From the NCBI GenBank assembly GCA_905203645.1, contig CAJKWP010000002.1, positions 1 to 44,323 on the forward strand: 44,323 bases of DNA, given 5' to 3'. Of this stretch, positions 34,854 to 43,831 are shown one piece after another. Within the stretch, counting starts at the first letter, position 1; the number at the start of each line of letters is the position of its first letter. The stretch is from an uncultured Christensenella sp. (lineage in GTDB: Bacteria > Bacillota > Clostridia > Christensenellales > UBA1242). Under the pieces are notes generated by a model that saw nothing but the letters and a program-made list of their open reading frames with translations, had not been told where the DNA came from and did not search any database. The translations under genes were made by a program, and so were the position numbers.

Positions 34854-37232
34854 TCATTTGCTTTGGGCTTGTGCTTGCCTTTTGTGTTTTTTGCGTTTTG
34901 ACAATTTTATAAGCCACGGAACCATAAACAACAAAATCGACGAAGCGACAGCGCAACACAAAAGTGTCATAATCACCCGTAGTGTAAATGCTGTCATTCC
35001 AAAAAATTCGGGCATGATAAGGTTGAGTGCAAGTATCAAAACAAACGAAATCACAAGGCAGGCTCCCCTTATTTTTGTAAGTGGCAAACAAAGTCGCAAA
35101 AGGTTAAGATAGCCAATTGTGTAAAGTATCATTGTTCCAATTGTTGTAAACTCTTCTGCGGTAAAAAATGATAATCTGTAAAGTGCTTTTATTGCAAGGA
35201 TATTTGCCAAAAGTAACATTCCATAAGGAATTGAGTTTTTGAGTACCTGTTTTATAAAATTTCCTTGTATCATTTGGTCATTGGGTTGCAATGCCAAGAT
35301 AACAGATGGTAAACCAATAATTAACATTTCCAAAATGTAAAGTTGTTTTGGCTTAAATGGATACGTTGACATTGTAATAATTGTGATAAGTGAAAGTGCA
35401 ATTGTAAAAAATGTTTTCATAAGATAAAGCGATGAAGATTGTTGAACATTGTTTACAACTTGCCTACCTTCCTTTACAACAGCGGGCAATGAAGAAAATT
35501 TTGAGTCCATAAGCACAAGGTGCGAAAGGTTACGTGCAACGTCACTTCCATCTGCCATGGAAATTGAGCAATCTGCTTCTTTCAATGCCAATGTGTCATT
35601 TACACCATCACCTGTCATGGCAACAACTTTGCCACTGTTTTTCAGTTCTTTTATAAGCGCGTGTTTTTGTTCGGGTGAAACACGTCCAAATACCGTAAAT
35701 TTGTCAGCAATCTTTTTGACTTCATCAATCGACATGCCATCAAGCGAAATTGTTTTGTCGCTGTCTTTTACTCCAACGCGCCTTGCAATCGCACCAACAG
35801 TTGCTGGGTCGTCACCCGAAATAATTTTTATTTCTACACCATTTTGTTTGAACCATTCGATAGTCGCAATCGCATCATCACGGATATGATCTTCGATAAC
35901 CAAAAGCGCAACAGGTTCAAGTTCGGGCAATTTGTCACCTGCAATTCTGTTTTTGCTGTGGCCGACAATCAAAACTCTTTCACCTTTTGCCATGTATTTT
36001 TTTATTTTGTTTTTCAATGATTGTTTGAGTTTGATACCCATAAATTCGGGCGCCCCAACTGCGATTGTTCCGATGTTTTTAAAATAACTTGCACTAAACT
36101 TTCTTTCGGATGAAAACTCAATTTTTTCTGTTGCTTTCGTGTTTGAATCAGTGCCAAAAAATTGTATCATAGCACGCGAAGTCGAGTTTGTTGTACTTTG
36201 ATTTGCCAAATGGTTTGCCAAAACCCCGTTAAGATTGAAATCAACTTCTTTGAGTGCCAAAAGTTCCTTGACTTGCATTGTGCCATCTGTGATTGTGCCC
36301 GTTTTGTCAAGACACAACACATTTGCCCTTGCAAGCATTTCGATACTGTACAAATCTTGCACAAGCGTCTTTTTTTGTGCCAGTTTTACAACACCAACTG
36401 CCAAAGCAATGGTGATGAGCAAAAACATGCCCGCAGGCACCATTCCGATAAGTGAACCACAAGTAAGTTCGATTGCCCTTGCAAAATCACGGTTGCAACC
36501 AAAGTAGTTGCTGACAAACATAAGTCCACCAACAGGAATAATCATTATCCCGATGTATTTTATGATTGTGTTCAAATCTTTAAACAGGTTTGAACTTGGA
36601 CTTTTGAATGTTTTTGCTTGTGTTGCCACAGTTTGGATATAGTTGTCTTTGCCAACCTTGTCGATACGAACAATACAACTGCCCGAAGTCAAAAAACTGC
36701 CTGCAAGCAAAGTATCGCCTTGATGTTTTTTGACGGGTTTGCTTTCACCAGTAAGCAAACTTTCGTTAACTTCGATTTCGCCACTTTGAACAATACAATC
36801 GGATGGAACTTGGTTACCAATTGAAAGTTTTACAATATCGTCAAGCACCAGTTGATTTGCAAAAATTTGTTGAACTTTTCCTTCGCGGATAACATCTACT
36901 CTGGGCGAAGTTATAAGTTTGAGTTTTTCAACAGTTATTTTGGCTTTTATTTCTTGAACAATGCTTATAAGAGTATTCAAACAAACAACTACCACAAACA
37001 ACAAGTTTGAATATGATTGCACCGCCATAAGTGCGATAAATATCAAAAGCCAAATCAAATTGAAAAAGGTGACAACGTTGTCAAAAATTATTTTGAACAC
37101 CGATTTTGATGATTTTTGCTTTACTTTGTTTACAAGTTTGTCCGCTTGACGTTGTTTTACCTGCAACAAACTAAGCCCATTTTGGTCGGGCTGATATCTT
37201 TGTATAATATTTATTTTCTTTTCTTTTTTCAA
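34854..37232 (-). CDS. cation-transporting P-type ATPase (HAD-IC family), substrate unclear
   Basis: LTGESKPV (TGES), CLDKTGTITDG, MTGDGVNDTLALKEAD, and about 10 TM segments. TTG start with an AGGA RBS. The TM4 motif reads VPAGM instead of PEGL. Confidence 0.85.
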   Translation of the reverse strand: MKKEKKINIIQRYQPDQNGLSLLQVKQRQADKLVNKVKQKSSKSVFKIIFDNVVTFFNLIWLLIFIALMAVQSYSNLLFVVVVCLNTLISIVQEIKAKITVEKLKLITSPRVDVIREGKVQQIFANQLVLDDIVKLSIGNQVPSDCIVQSGEIEVNESLLTGESKPVKKHQGDTLLAGSFLTSGSCIVRIDKVGKDNYIQTVATQAKTFKSPSSNLFKDLNTIIKYIGIMIIPVGGLMFVSNYFGCNRDFARAIELTCGSLIGMVPAGMFLLITIALAVGVVKLAQKKTLVQDLYSIEMLARANVLCLDKTGTITDGTMQVKELLALKEVDFNLNGVLANHLANQSTTNSTSRAMIQFFGTDSNTKATEKIEFSSERKFSASYFKNIGTIAVGAPEFMGIKLKQSLKNKIKKYMAKGERVLIVGHSKNRIAGDKLPELEPVALLVIEDHIRDDAIATIEWFKQNGVEIKIISGDDPATVGAIARRVGVKDSDKTISLDGMSIDEVKKIADKFTVFGRVSPEQKHALIKELKNSGKVVAMTGDGVNDTLALKEADCSISMADGSDVARNLSHLVLMDSKFSSLPAVVKEGRQVVNNVQQSSSLYLMKTFFTIALSLITIITMSTYPFKPKQLYILEMLIIGLPSVILALQPNDQMIQGNFIKQVLKNSIPYGMLLLANILAIKALYRLSFFTAEEFTTIGTMILYTIGYLNLLRLCLPLTKIRGACLVISFVLILALNLIMPEFFGMTAFTLRVIMTLLCCAVASSILLFMVPWLIKLSKRKKHKRQAQAQSK

Positions 37233-37426
37233 ATTTTGTCCTACTTGAGTAATTTTGATGTTTTTAAAAAATTGTTTGAATATTTTTTTGTAATCTTTTT
37301 ACAAGTTAGTTTAACACATTTTAAAACATTTTTGTAAATGTTTTGTACGTTTAGATTTGACAAAAACGACAAAATTGCAATAATTTTCTATTATTTTTGT
37401 CCAAATTTGATACATTCCCACTTTGG

Positions 37427-38392
37427 TTATTTTTTCAGAGCAAGTTCGACGGCAACTGCCAATGCAACTGTTGCACCAACTATTGGGTTGTTTCCCATTC
37501 CAATAAAGCCCATCATATCAACGTGTGCTGGAACAGACGAACTGCCTGCAAACTGAGCGTCACAATGCATTCTGCCCATTGTGTCGGTTATTCCATAACT
37601 TGCTGGACCTGCACCAACGTTGTCTGGGTGCAATGTCCTGCCAGTGCCACCACCAGATGCAACCGAAAAATATTTTTTGCCGTGGTCTGTGCACCATTTT
37701 TTGTATGTGCCTGCCACTGGGTGTTGAAATCTTACTGGGTTTGTTGAATTGCCCGTGATTGATACGTCAACATCTTCCAACTGCATAATGGCAACGCCTT
37801 CACTTACGTCAAATGCACCATAAACTTTTACATTTGCTTTTTCACCATCAGAAAATTTGACTTCACGCACAATGTTCAACTTTTGTGCTTGGTGGTCAAA
37901 ATATGTTTCAACATAAGTAAAACCATTTATACGAGCAATGATGTACGCTGCATCTTTTCCAAGTCCGTTCAAGATTACGCGAAGTGGAGTTTTGCGCACT
38001 TTGTTTGCGGTTCTTGCAATGCTCATTGCGCCTTCTGCGGCTGCAAAACTTTCGTGTCCTGCCAAAAAACAAAAACATTTTGTATTTTCGTCCATAAGCA
38101 TACTTGCCAATTTTCCGTGACCAATACCAATTTTACGTTCGTCGGCAACCGAACCAGGCACACAGTACGCTTGCAATCCTTCGCCAATATATTCCGCTGC
38201 TTTCCCTGCATCTTGTGCATTGTTTTTCAGGGCAATAGCAACACCAAGTTCATATGCTCTTACCGCATTGTCAAATGCGATTGGTTGTACACCTTTTACA
38301 ATTTCTTCAACGTTTATTCCATGTTTTGTGCAAAGGTCCCTTGCATCCTTTTCGCTTTCAAATCCATGCAAAGCAAATTCAACTTTTCTCAT
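37427..38392 (-). CDS. GGGtGRT family protein (uncharacterised)
   Basis: Contains the eponymous SGGGTGRTLHPDN motif and ...GSSSVPAHVDMMGFIGMGNNPIVGATVA. Its ATG overlaps the upstream stop (ATGA). Confidence 0.75.
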   Translation of the reverse strand: MRKVEFALHGFESEKDARDLCTKHGINVEEIVKGVQPIAFDNAVRAYELGVAIALKNNAQDAGKAAEYIGEGLQAYCVPGSVADERKIGIGHGKLASMLMDENTKCFCFLAGHESFAAAEGAMSIARTANKVRKTPLRVILNGLGKDAAYIIARINGFTYVETYFDHQAQKLNIVREVKFSDGEKANVKVYGAFDVSEGVAIMQLEDVDVSITGNSTNPVRFQHPVAGTYKKWCTDHGKKYFSVASGGGTGRTLHPDNVGAGPASYGITDTMGRMHCDAQFAGSSSVPAHVDMMGFIGMGNNPIVGATVALAVAVELALKK

Positions 38393-39060
38393 TGCAGTTC
38401 CTCCCTTGGATTTACAAAATTTACACCTTCGTTAAACCTTCCATAAACGTTGGTTGCCTTTTTCAATGCTTCGTCTGCCGAAACACCAGATTTTAAAAGT
38501 TCAATCAAATATGGAGTTTTTACGTATTCGTACCCAATAATTTCACCATTTTTGTCAAGTGCTTGGCGAGTGATATATCCTTCGACCAAATTAAGATATC
38601 TTGTACCCTTGTCGCTTGCATAGACTGTACCAAGGCTGGAATATTTGTGTTTGCCCAAATCTTCCATGGCACTGCCAACTGGCAATCCGCCGTCTGAAAA
38701 TGCCGATTGGCTTCTGCCATAGACAAGTTGCAAGAACACTTGTTTCATTGCATCATTGATTGCATCGCACACAAGGTCGGTGTTCAATGCTTCCAAAAGT
38801 GTTTTTCCTGGCAAAATTTCCGCCGCCATAGCCGCCGAATGTGTCATTCCACTGCAACCCACGGTTTCAACAAGCGCCTCCTTTATTATTCCGTCTTTGA
38901 CGTTGAGTGTAAGTTTGCAAGCACCTTGTTGTGGTGCACACTTTCCGCAGCCGTGCGAAAAACCATTGATATCCACGATTTGTTTGGATTGCACCCATTT
39001 GCCTTCTTCTGGAATTGGAGAAGGTCCAGCACAATCAAGATTTTTAAGATAACAACTCAT
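38389..39060 (-). CDS. NifU/IscU-N-terminal-like Fe-S scaffold-like protein with C-terminal extension
   Basis: GFSHGCGKCAPQQGACKLTLNVKDGIIKEA...VETVGCSGMTHSAAMAAE...LVCDAINDA resembles the IscU Cys pattern. About 100 extra C-terminal residues. AAGGAG RBS. Confidence 0.65.
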   Translation of the reverse strand: MSCYLKNLDCAGPSPIPEEGKWVQSKQIVDINGFSHGCGKCAPQQGACKLTLNVKDGIIKEALVETVGCSGMTHSAAMAAEILPGKTLLEALNTDLVCDAINDAMKQVFLQLVYGRSQSAFSDGGLPVGSAMEDLGKHKYSSLGTVYASDKGTRYLNLVEGYITRQALDKNGEIIGYEYVKTPYLIELLKSGVSADEALKKATNVYGRFNEGVNFVNPREELQ

Positions 39061-39092
39061 AATTTTCTCCTTGTAACTAATAGTATATAATC

Positions 39093-39127
39093 AAAAAAAA
39101 AATTTACCAATTATTTTTGGCAAATTT
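39093..39127 (-). terminator. rho-independent terminator after folD
   Basis: Minus strand reads AAATTTGCCAA-loop-TTGGTAAATTT followed by a T-run. Confidence 0.75.
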
Positions 39128-39159
39128 TTGTTTTGTATTTTTCTTTTTGTTACTCTTTT

Positions 39160-39990
39160 TCAGTTTTTTTGTTGCAAACAAAAACATTTGTAAGTGTTGC
39201 ACAAAAGCATTGCGATTGTCATTGGTCCCACACCTTTTGGCACAGGGGTAACAAAAATATCTTGCCTTTCGCCTTTTTCAACATCTCCACACAACTTTCC
39301 GTCAAGCCCACGATTGATTCCTACGTCAATGACTATCGCACCAGACTTGAAGTCTTTTTGTTTCAAAAGCCCACTTTTGCCCACCGCGCAAACGACTATG
39401 TCGGCATTTTTGACATACTTTTTTATATCCTTGCTTTTGCTGTGCAAGTTTGTTACTGAGCAGTTTTTTTGAAGTAACAGTTGTGCAACTGGTTTTCCTA
39501 CAAGATTGCTTCTTCCAATCACCACTGCATCTTTGCCGTCAAAATCACTGGTTACACTTTCCAAAAGCACCATACACCCAAGCGGTGTGCAAGGCACAAT
39601 ATTTTCCTTGCCCACAAAAAGTCTGCCAAGATTTTCAAACGTAAGTCCGTCAACATCCTTGTTTGCAGGGATAAGTTCGATTGCGCGTCTTTCGTCAAGT
39701 CCCTTTGGAAGTGGCAACTGCAAAAGTATTCCGTTTATGTTGTTATCTTGCGCCAACTCTTTGATTTTCTGTTCAAGTTCTGCTTGCGACGTTTGACTTG
39801 GCATATTTACGGTTATACTGTTTATGCCTACCCTTTGACAAGCAACACCCTTGTTTCTTACATAAATTTGACTTGCTGGGTCATCACCGACCAACACAAC
39901 AGCAAGGGTCAATGTCAGACTTTGCTTTTGTATTTTTTCTTTCAATTCTTGTTCAATGTTTTGCGCTATGCTTTTGCCGTCTATTATCAT
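39160..39990 (-). CDS. folD: bifunctional methylenetetrahydrofolate dehydrogenase/cyclohydrolase
   Basis: MIIDGKSIA..., VVLVGDDPASQIYVRNK, VVIGRSNLVGKP, VIDVGINR, TPVPKGVGPMTIAML. Confidence 0.92.
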   Translation of the reverse strand: MIIDGKSIAQNIEQELKEKIQKQSLTLTLAVVLVGDDPASQIYVRNKGVACQRVGINSITVNMPSQTSQAELEQKIKELAQDNNINGILLQLPLPKGLDERRAIELIPANKDVDGLTFENLGRLFVGKENIVPCTPLGCMVLLESVTSDFDGKDAVVIGRSNLVGKPVAQLLLQKNCSVTNLHSKSKDIKKYVKNADIVVCAVGKSGLLKQKDFKSGAIVIDVGINRGLDGKLCGDVEKGERQDIFVTPVPKGVGPMTIAMLLCNTYKCFCLQQKN

Positions 39991-40045
39991 CTTTCACCTT
40001 CTGTCCTTTATTATGCCACAATTTTTTTTTATTGTCAAAAATCAT

Positions 40046-40852
40046 TTAAAGCACAAAGAAAGATACAACGGCGATAGCCACCAAATATATCGAAAACCAC
40101 CAAAGTTTCATATTTTTTACTGCTTTAAGCATAAGTGCGATTGACAAAAAACCGATAACAAAAGCAAAAACAAAACCCAAAGCGCATGGCAAAAATCCAA
40201 CCAAATTTGCGCCACCGTCTTTTATTATGCCAAAAACTTCATAGCACATAGATGCCAAAATAATCGGAATACTCATCAAAAACGAAAATCTTGCCGCTTG
40301 CTCCCTGTCACGACCAAGCATCATGCCTGTGCACATGGTTGCACCCGAACGGGAAATCCCTGGCAAAATTGCAATTCCTTGCGCTACTCCCATAAAAAAC
40401 GCCGTTTTGTTGTCTGTGTACTTTCCATAATCGTTTCCGTCACCATTTTTTATTTGTCCTTCAAAATTATTTTTGTTTTTTTGGCACAAAAGTTGGCAAA
40501 CAAACAAAAGCACCGCGGTGAACATAAAGCAAAATGGCAACAAAACACCGTCAAAAGCACTGTCGACAAAATCTTTGAACACAAGCACGATTACAACGGT
40601 TGGAATTGTGGCAAGATACAACTTTCTTGCATCTTTTCCAAAAGGATGCTTGCAAAGATACCAAATGTCCTTGTGAAAGTAAATCACAACTGCAAAAAGT
40701 GTTGCGACGTGCATAATTACGCTGAACAACACAAAATCGCAATCTACGCCAAAAATACGCGAAAACAAAACCAAATGTCCACTTGAAGACACTGGCAAAA
40801 ACTCCGTAAGCCCCTGAATAATTCCAAAAATAATTGCTTGAACTATTGTCAT
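40046..40852 (-). CDS. uppP: undecaprenyl-diphosphate phosphatase
   Basis: GLTEFLPVSSSGHL and PGISRSGATM motifs. Eight hydrophobic segments. Confidence 0.9.
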   Translation of the reverse strand: MTIVQAIIFGIIQGLTEFLPVSSSGHLVLFSRIFGVDCDFVLFSVIMHVATLFAVVIYFHKDIWYLCKHPFGKDARKLYLATIPTVVIVLVFKDFVDSAFDGVLLPFCFMFTAVLLFVCQLLCQKNKNNFEGQIKNGDGNDYGKYTDNKTAFFMGVAQGIAILPGISRSGATMCTGMMLGRDREQAARFSFLMSIPIILASMCYEVFGIIKDGGANLVGFLPCALGFVFAFVIGFLSIALMLKAVKNMKLWWFSIYLVAIAVVSFFVL

Positions 40853-40902
40853 AATTTCACCAATGTATTTTAGTATTTATTAAGAGCAAATATAACTTTC
40901 AA

Positions 40903-40931
40903 CAAAAAATCGACACACAAATTGTGTGCCG
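40903..40931 (-). terminator. rho-independent terminator after the 124-aa ORF
   Basis: Minus strand reads CGGCACACAATTTGTGTGTCG followed by TTTTTT. Confidence 0.7.
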
Positions 40932-40937
40932 ACATTT

Positions 40938-41312
40938 TTAACTTTCATAATCAAAAGGTATTTTGTTCTTTTTTTCACCTTTCAAATTTACTATATACCC
41001 GTTTTCGACCTTACACCAACAATTTTTGTGATTTTGTGGAAGGTCTTTGAAAATGTTTTCGTCTGTACATTTGTTGTCTTTGACAAGTTCCAAATCTTGG
41101 ATTTTGACACCAATGCAAATATCGTCGTCAAGTTTGAAAACATTTTCTTCCTTACTCATAAAATCTTTGTCGAGTACACGTTGGTCTTGAAAGCACACAA
41201 AAAAACTGTTCCACCTTATATCTGCATCAACAATAGTGCCAATCATTCCGTTTGTAACATTTTGTTTTTTGTAATTGTCATTGATTACTCTCACGTCATC
41301 CAACAGTTTCAT
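40938..41312 (-). CDS. hypothetical protein (124 aa)
   Basis: ORF trimmed to ATG 41312 (MKLLDDVRV...). It is the last gene of the XRE-XRE operon. No motif recognised. Confidence 0.5.
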   Translation of the reverse strand: MKLLDDVRVINDNYKKQNVTNGMIGTIVDADIRWNSFFVCFQDQRVLDKDFMSKEENVFKLDDDICIGVKIQDLELVKDNKCTDENIFKDLPQNHKNCWCKVENGYIVNLKGEKKNKIPFDYES

Positions 41313-41363
41313 TTTTGCCAACCTTTTTGTATAGATTAACACAAAACAATTTGATTATCCAAT

Positions 41364-41807
41364 TTATTCCACCACTTCCGCAAGCAGAAAGTCAATGCTT
41401 ATGTCAAGATATTTTGCTATGACAACCAATTTCGATGTTTTGGGAAACTTGCCACGCTTCCACCTGTAAAAAGTAAATTCGCCCATACCGACTTCTTTCA
41501 TAAATGTGGCTATCGACATTCCTTTTCTTTGAAGCAATTTTTGAACATTGTTTACAAAATTTGATAGCATTTTGTCATATTCAAAATCATATCTTTTCTC
41601 AACTGTATCCGAAAGCCCAAACAAAAAATCTAAGGAGCAATCAAAAAATTTACTCATAGATATTGCGATGTTAATTTCTGGATAATACTCCTTGTTGAAA
41701 TAATCGTTTACAGTCGTTGAACTTATATTCAACCTTTTTGAAAGTTGAAGATTATTCAAATTGTTTTCAATCATCAAATCTTTCAACCTGTCTTGAAACT
41801 CTGCCAT
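41364..41807 (-). CDS. XRE-family regulator with two HTH domains (147 aa)
   Basis: HTH 1: LNNLQLSKRLNISSTTVNDY...FDCSLDFLFGLSD. HTH 2: KGMSIATFMKEVGMGEFTFYRWKRG...VVIAKYLDISIDFLL. Confidence 0.8.
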   Translation of the reverse strand: MAEFQDRLKDLMIENNLNNLQLSKRLNISSTTVNDYFNKEYYPEINIAISMSKFFDCSLDFLFGLSDTVEKRYDFEYDKMLSNFVNNVQKLLQRKGMSIATFMKEVGMGEFTFYRWKRGKFPKTSKLVVIAKYLDISIDFLLAEVVE

Positions 41808-41836
41808 ATTAACACCACTAAACTTTATTTTTACTT

Positions 41837-42280
41837 TTAATTTAATTTATCTGCAAGGAGAAAGTCAATACTTATGTCAAGATATTTTGCAACATTGACA
41901 ATACTTACAGTCCTTGGAAATTCACCGTTTTTCCACCTGTAAAACGTGTGTTCACTCATTCCGACTTGTTTTGCAAATTTTGCTTTTGACATATTCTTTC
42001 TTTCAAGCAATTTTTCCACGTTTGCCACAAAGTTGCCTCTTATATCAACTTTTTCAAAATCGTACTTGGGTTCATTTTCATCAGAAAGACCAAACAAATA
42101 ATCCATTGAGCAGTCAAACATCTTGCATAACTTTATAGCAGTTTTCATTTCGGGATAAAGATCTTTGCAAAAATACGCATCTACGGCAGAAGAACTTATC
42201 CCAAGCATTTTTGAAAGTTGCAAATTGCTGAGTTCTTTATCATCCATAAATTCTTTTAACCTATTTTGAAATTCTGTCAT
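41837..42280 (-). CDS. XRE-family regulator with two HTH domains (147 aa), paralogue of 41364..41807
   Basis: Same architecture and length. Shared blocks include FQ-RLK, NLQLSK, FDCS-D-LFGLSD, FYRWK-G-FP and AKYLDISIDFLLA. Start trimmed to MTEFQ with a GGAG RBS. Confidence 0.8.
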   Translation of the reverse strand: MTEFQNRLKEFMDDKELSNLQLSKMLGISSSAVDAYFCKDLYPEMKTAIKLCKMFDCSMDYLFGLSDENEPKYDFEKVDIRGNFVANVEKLLERKNMSKAKFAKQVGMSEHTFYRWKNGEFPRTVSIVNVAKYLDISIDFLLADKLN

Positions 42281-42415
42281 AGCCCACTCCAAAAAATAAT
42301 TCGACAATCTTTGTCATAACTCAATTTTTTTTTACATAATAAGCCATCGAATTTATTTCGTTCTAATATAATGGCAGTGGTAAACTATTAACGAAATCAA
42401 ACAAAAGGAGAAAAA

Positions 42416-42553
42416 ATGGAAGATTTAGTCACGGATATTGTAAAAATATATTTTTACTATGAAATATCCAACAACATGAGTTTTGGCAAAAATAACATTG
42501 ATGTTAATTTGCCAAACAACAAAACAGCAAAAATTATTGTAGAAAAAATCTAA
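42416..42553 (+). CDS. unannotated micro-ORF (45 aa)
   Basis: Absent from the ORF track because it is under 60 aa. AAAGGAG lies 7 nt before the ATG. Translation: MEDLVTDIVKIYFYYEISNNMSFGKNNIDVNLPNNKTAKIIVEKI. Its stop is 18 nt before the next ORF. Confidence 0.45.
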   Translation: MEDLVTDIVKIYFYYEISNNMSFGKNNIDVNLPNNKTAKIIVEKI

Positions 42554-42571
42554 ATAAAAGGAGAAAACAAA

Positions 42572-42772
42572 ATGGAAAAACATCATGTTTTTGATCATGA
42601 TTATCAAAATTTATTCTTTCCCAACAAACTTGAACTAAGATCCCTGCAAGACTGCAAAGATTATTTGGTTGATATAACAAACAATGCTTTTGAAGCCAAA
42701 TATGAAAATCAAGTTTTGACATTTGAAGATGGTACAAAATATTCAATAAAAATTTACTTGTTAAATGCTTAA
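42572..42772 (+). CDS. small hypothetical protein (66 aa)
   Basis: AAAGGAG lies 8 nt before the ATG. No motif recognised. Confidence 0.5.
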   Translation: MEKHHVFDHDYQNLFFPNKLELRSLQDCKDYLVDITNNAFEAKYENQVLTFEDGTKYSIKIYLLNA

Positions 42773-42955
42773 AAATAGCAACAAAAAAGTAGCGAATTTT
42801 AACTTATGTGTTAATTTCGCTACTTTATTTTTTTTATATCAACAAATATTTTCGTGTGACACTTGAAAGTTATGTGTTATGATTGTTTGCGGTATATTTA
42901 TTTTGTTGCTTTGTGCGTGATATTTATGTTAAGATACAAAAAAAGGAGATTATGT

Positions 42956-43732
42956 ATGATAGAAAGTTTTTTTTCTGGACTTGATGGAATTATTGCAATC
43001 ATGCTTATTGTTTTGTCGGGATTTATTGGATTGCTGTCGATTGTTTCGATTACAACAAATGTTGTCCTTACGATAAAATATCTTAAATACAACAACACAC
43101 TTAACAGCGCAGGACTTACTGGTGAAGAAGTCGCAAGGAAAATCCTTGACAAAAACGGACTTGAAGACGTTGCCGTAAGTACATCTGGTGCATTTTTGTT
43201 TGGAAACAGTTACAGTCACCGAGCCAAAAAAGTACGCATCCGAAATATGACAACAAACACAGCAAGCATAACCGCCCTTGCAATGGGCAGCCAAAAAGCA
43301 TCACTTGCCATTATGGACAAAAACGGTGATCCCGCCATGAAGGCTCGTGTGGCATTGACACCTTTGGTTGTGTTCGGACCACTGGCGTTTATCCCACTTG
43401 TTTTGATTGGTTTTGTGGTTGATATATTCCTTTTGAAAACAAACGGAATTGTTTCGGTTGTGATTGCATTTCTTGCTCTTTTGTTTTATCTTGTTGCTAT
43501 AATCGCTGCAATAATCGAACTGAAAACCGAAAAGAAAGCGCAAAACATGGCTCGTGAAATACTTGCCGAAGAAAACCTTGCAACCGAAGATGAACTTGAA
43601 CAAATAAAAAGTCTTTACACTCTTTACAATGTTCAGTACATAAACGACATAATTTTGGCTGTTCTTGAAATTTTGTATTACGTTTTGAAAATACTTGCTA
43701 TCTTTGCAAAAAGTTCATCAAAGAAAAAATAA
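42956..43732 (+). CDS. YugP/Zn_peptidase_2-like membrane protein lacking the HExxH site
   Basis: AGLTGEEVARKILDKNGLEDVAV and the later IELKTEKKAQNMAREIL match my recollection of the YugP family. The position of AAHEVGHA reads AMGSQKAS. Start trimmed to ATG 42956 with AAAGGAG. Confidence 0.6.
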   Translation: MIESFFSGLDGIIAIMLIVLSGFIGLLSIVSITTNVVLTIKYLKYNNTLNSAGLTGEEVARKILDKNGLEDVAVSTSGAFLFGNSYSHRAKKVRIRNMTTNTASITALAMGSQKASLAIMDKNGDPAMKARVALTPLVVFGPLAFIPLVLIGFVVDIFLLKTNGIVSVVIAFLALLFYLVAIIAAIIELKTEKKAQNMAREILAEENLATEDELEQIKSLYTLYNVQYINDIILAVLEILYYVLKILAIFAKSSSKKK

Positions 43733-43738
43733 ATCCAC

Positions 43739-43768
43739 AAAAATTGCTCTGCAATGAGCAATTTTTTT
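43739..43768 (+). terminator. rho-independent terminator
   Basis: AAAAATTGCTC-loop-GAGCAATTTTTTT. Confidence 0.8.
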
Positions 43769-43831
43769 GTGCCATTCACGTTGCAAAATCAAAATGAATA
43801 TGTTAACATTGTATATATACAAGGAGTTAGT

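Noticed and set aside
34732-35091. 119-aa minus-strand ORF overlapping the 3' end of the ATPase gene
   Set aside because: It sits in a different frame of the same strand as the ATPase C-terminus and runs through the terminator and valS promoter. It has no RBS.
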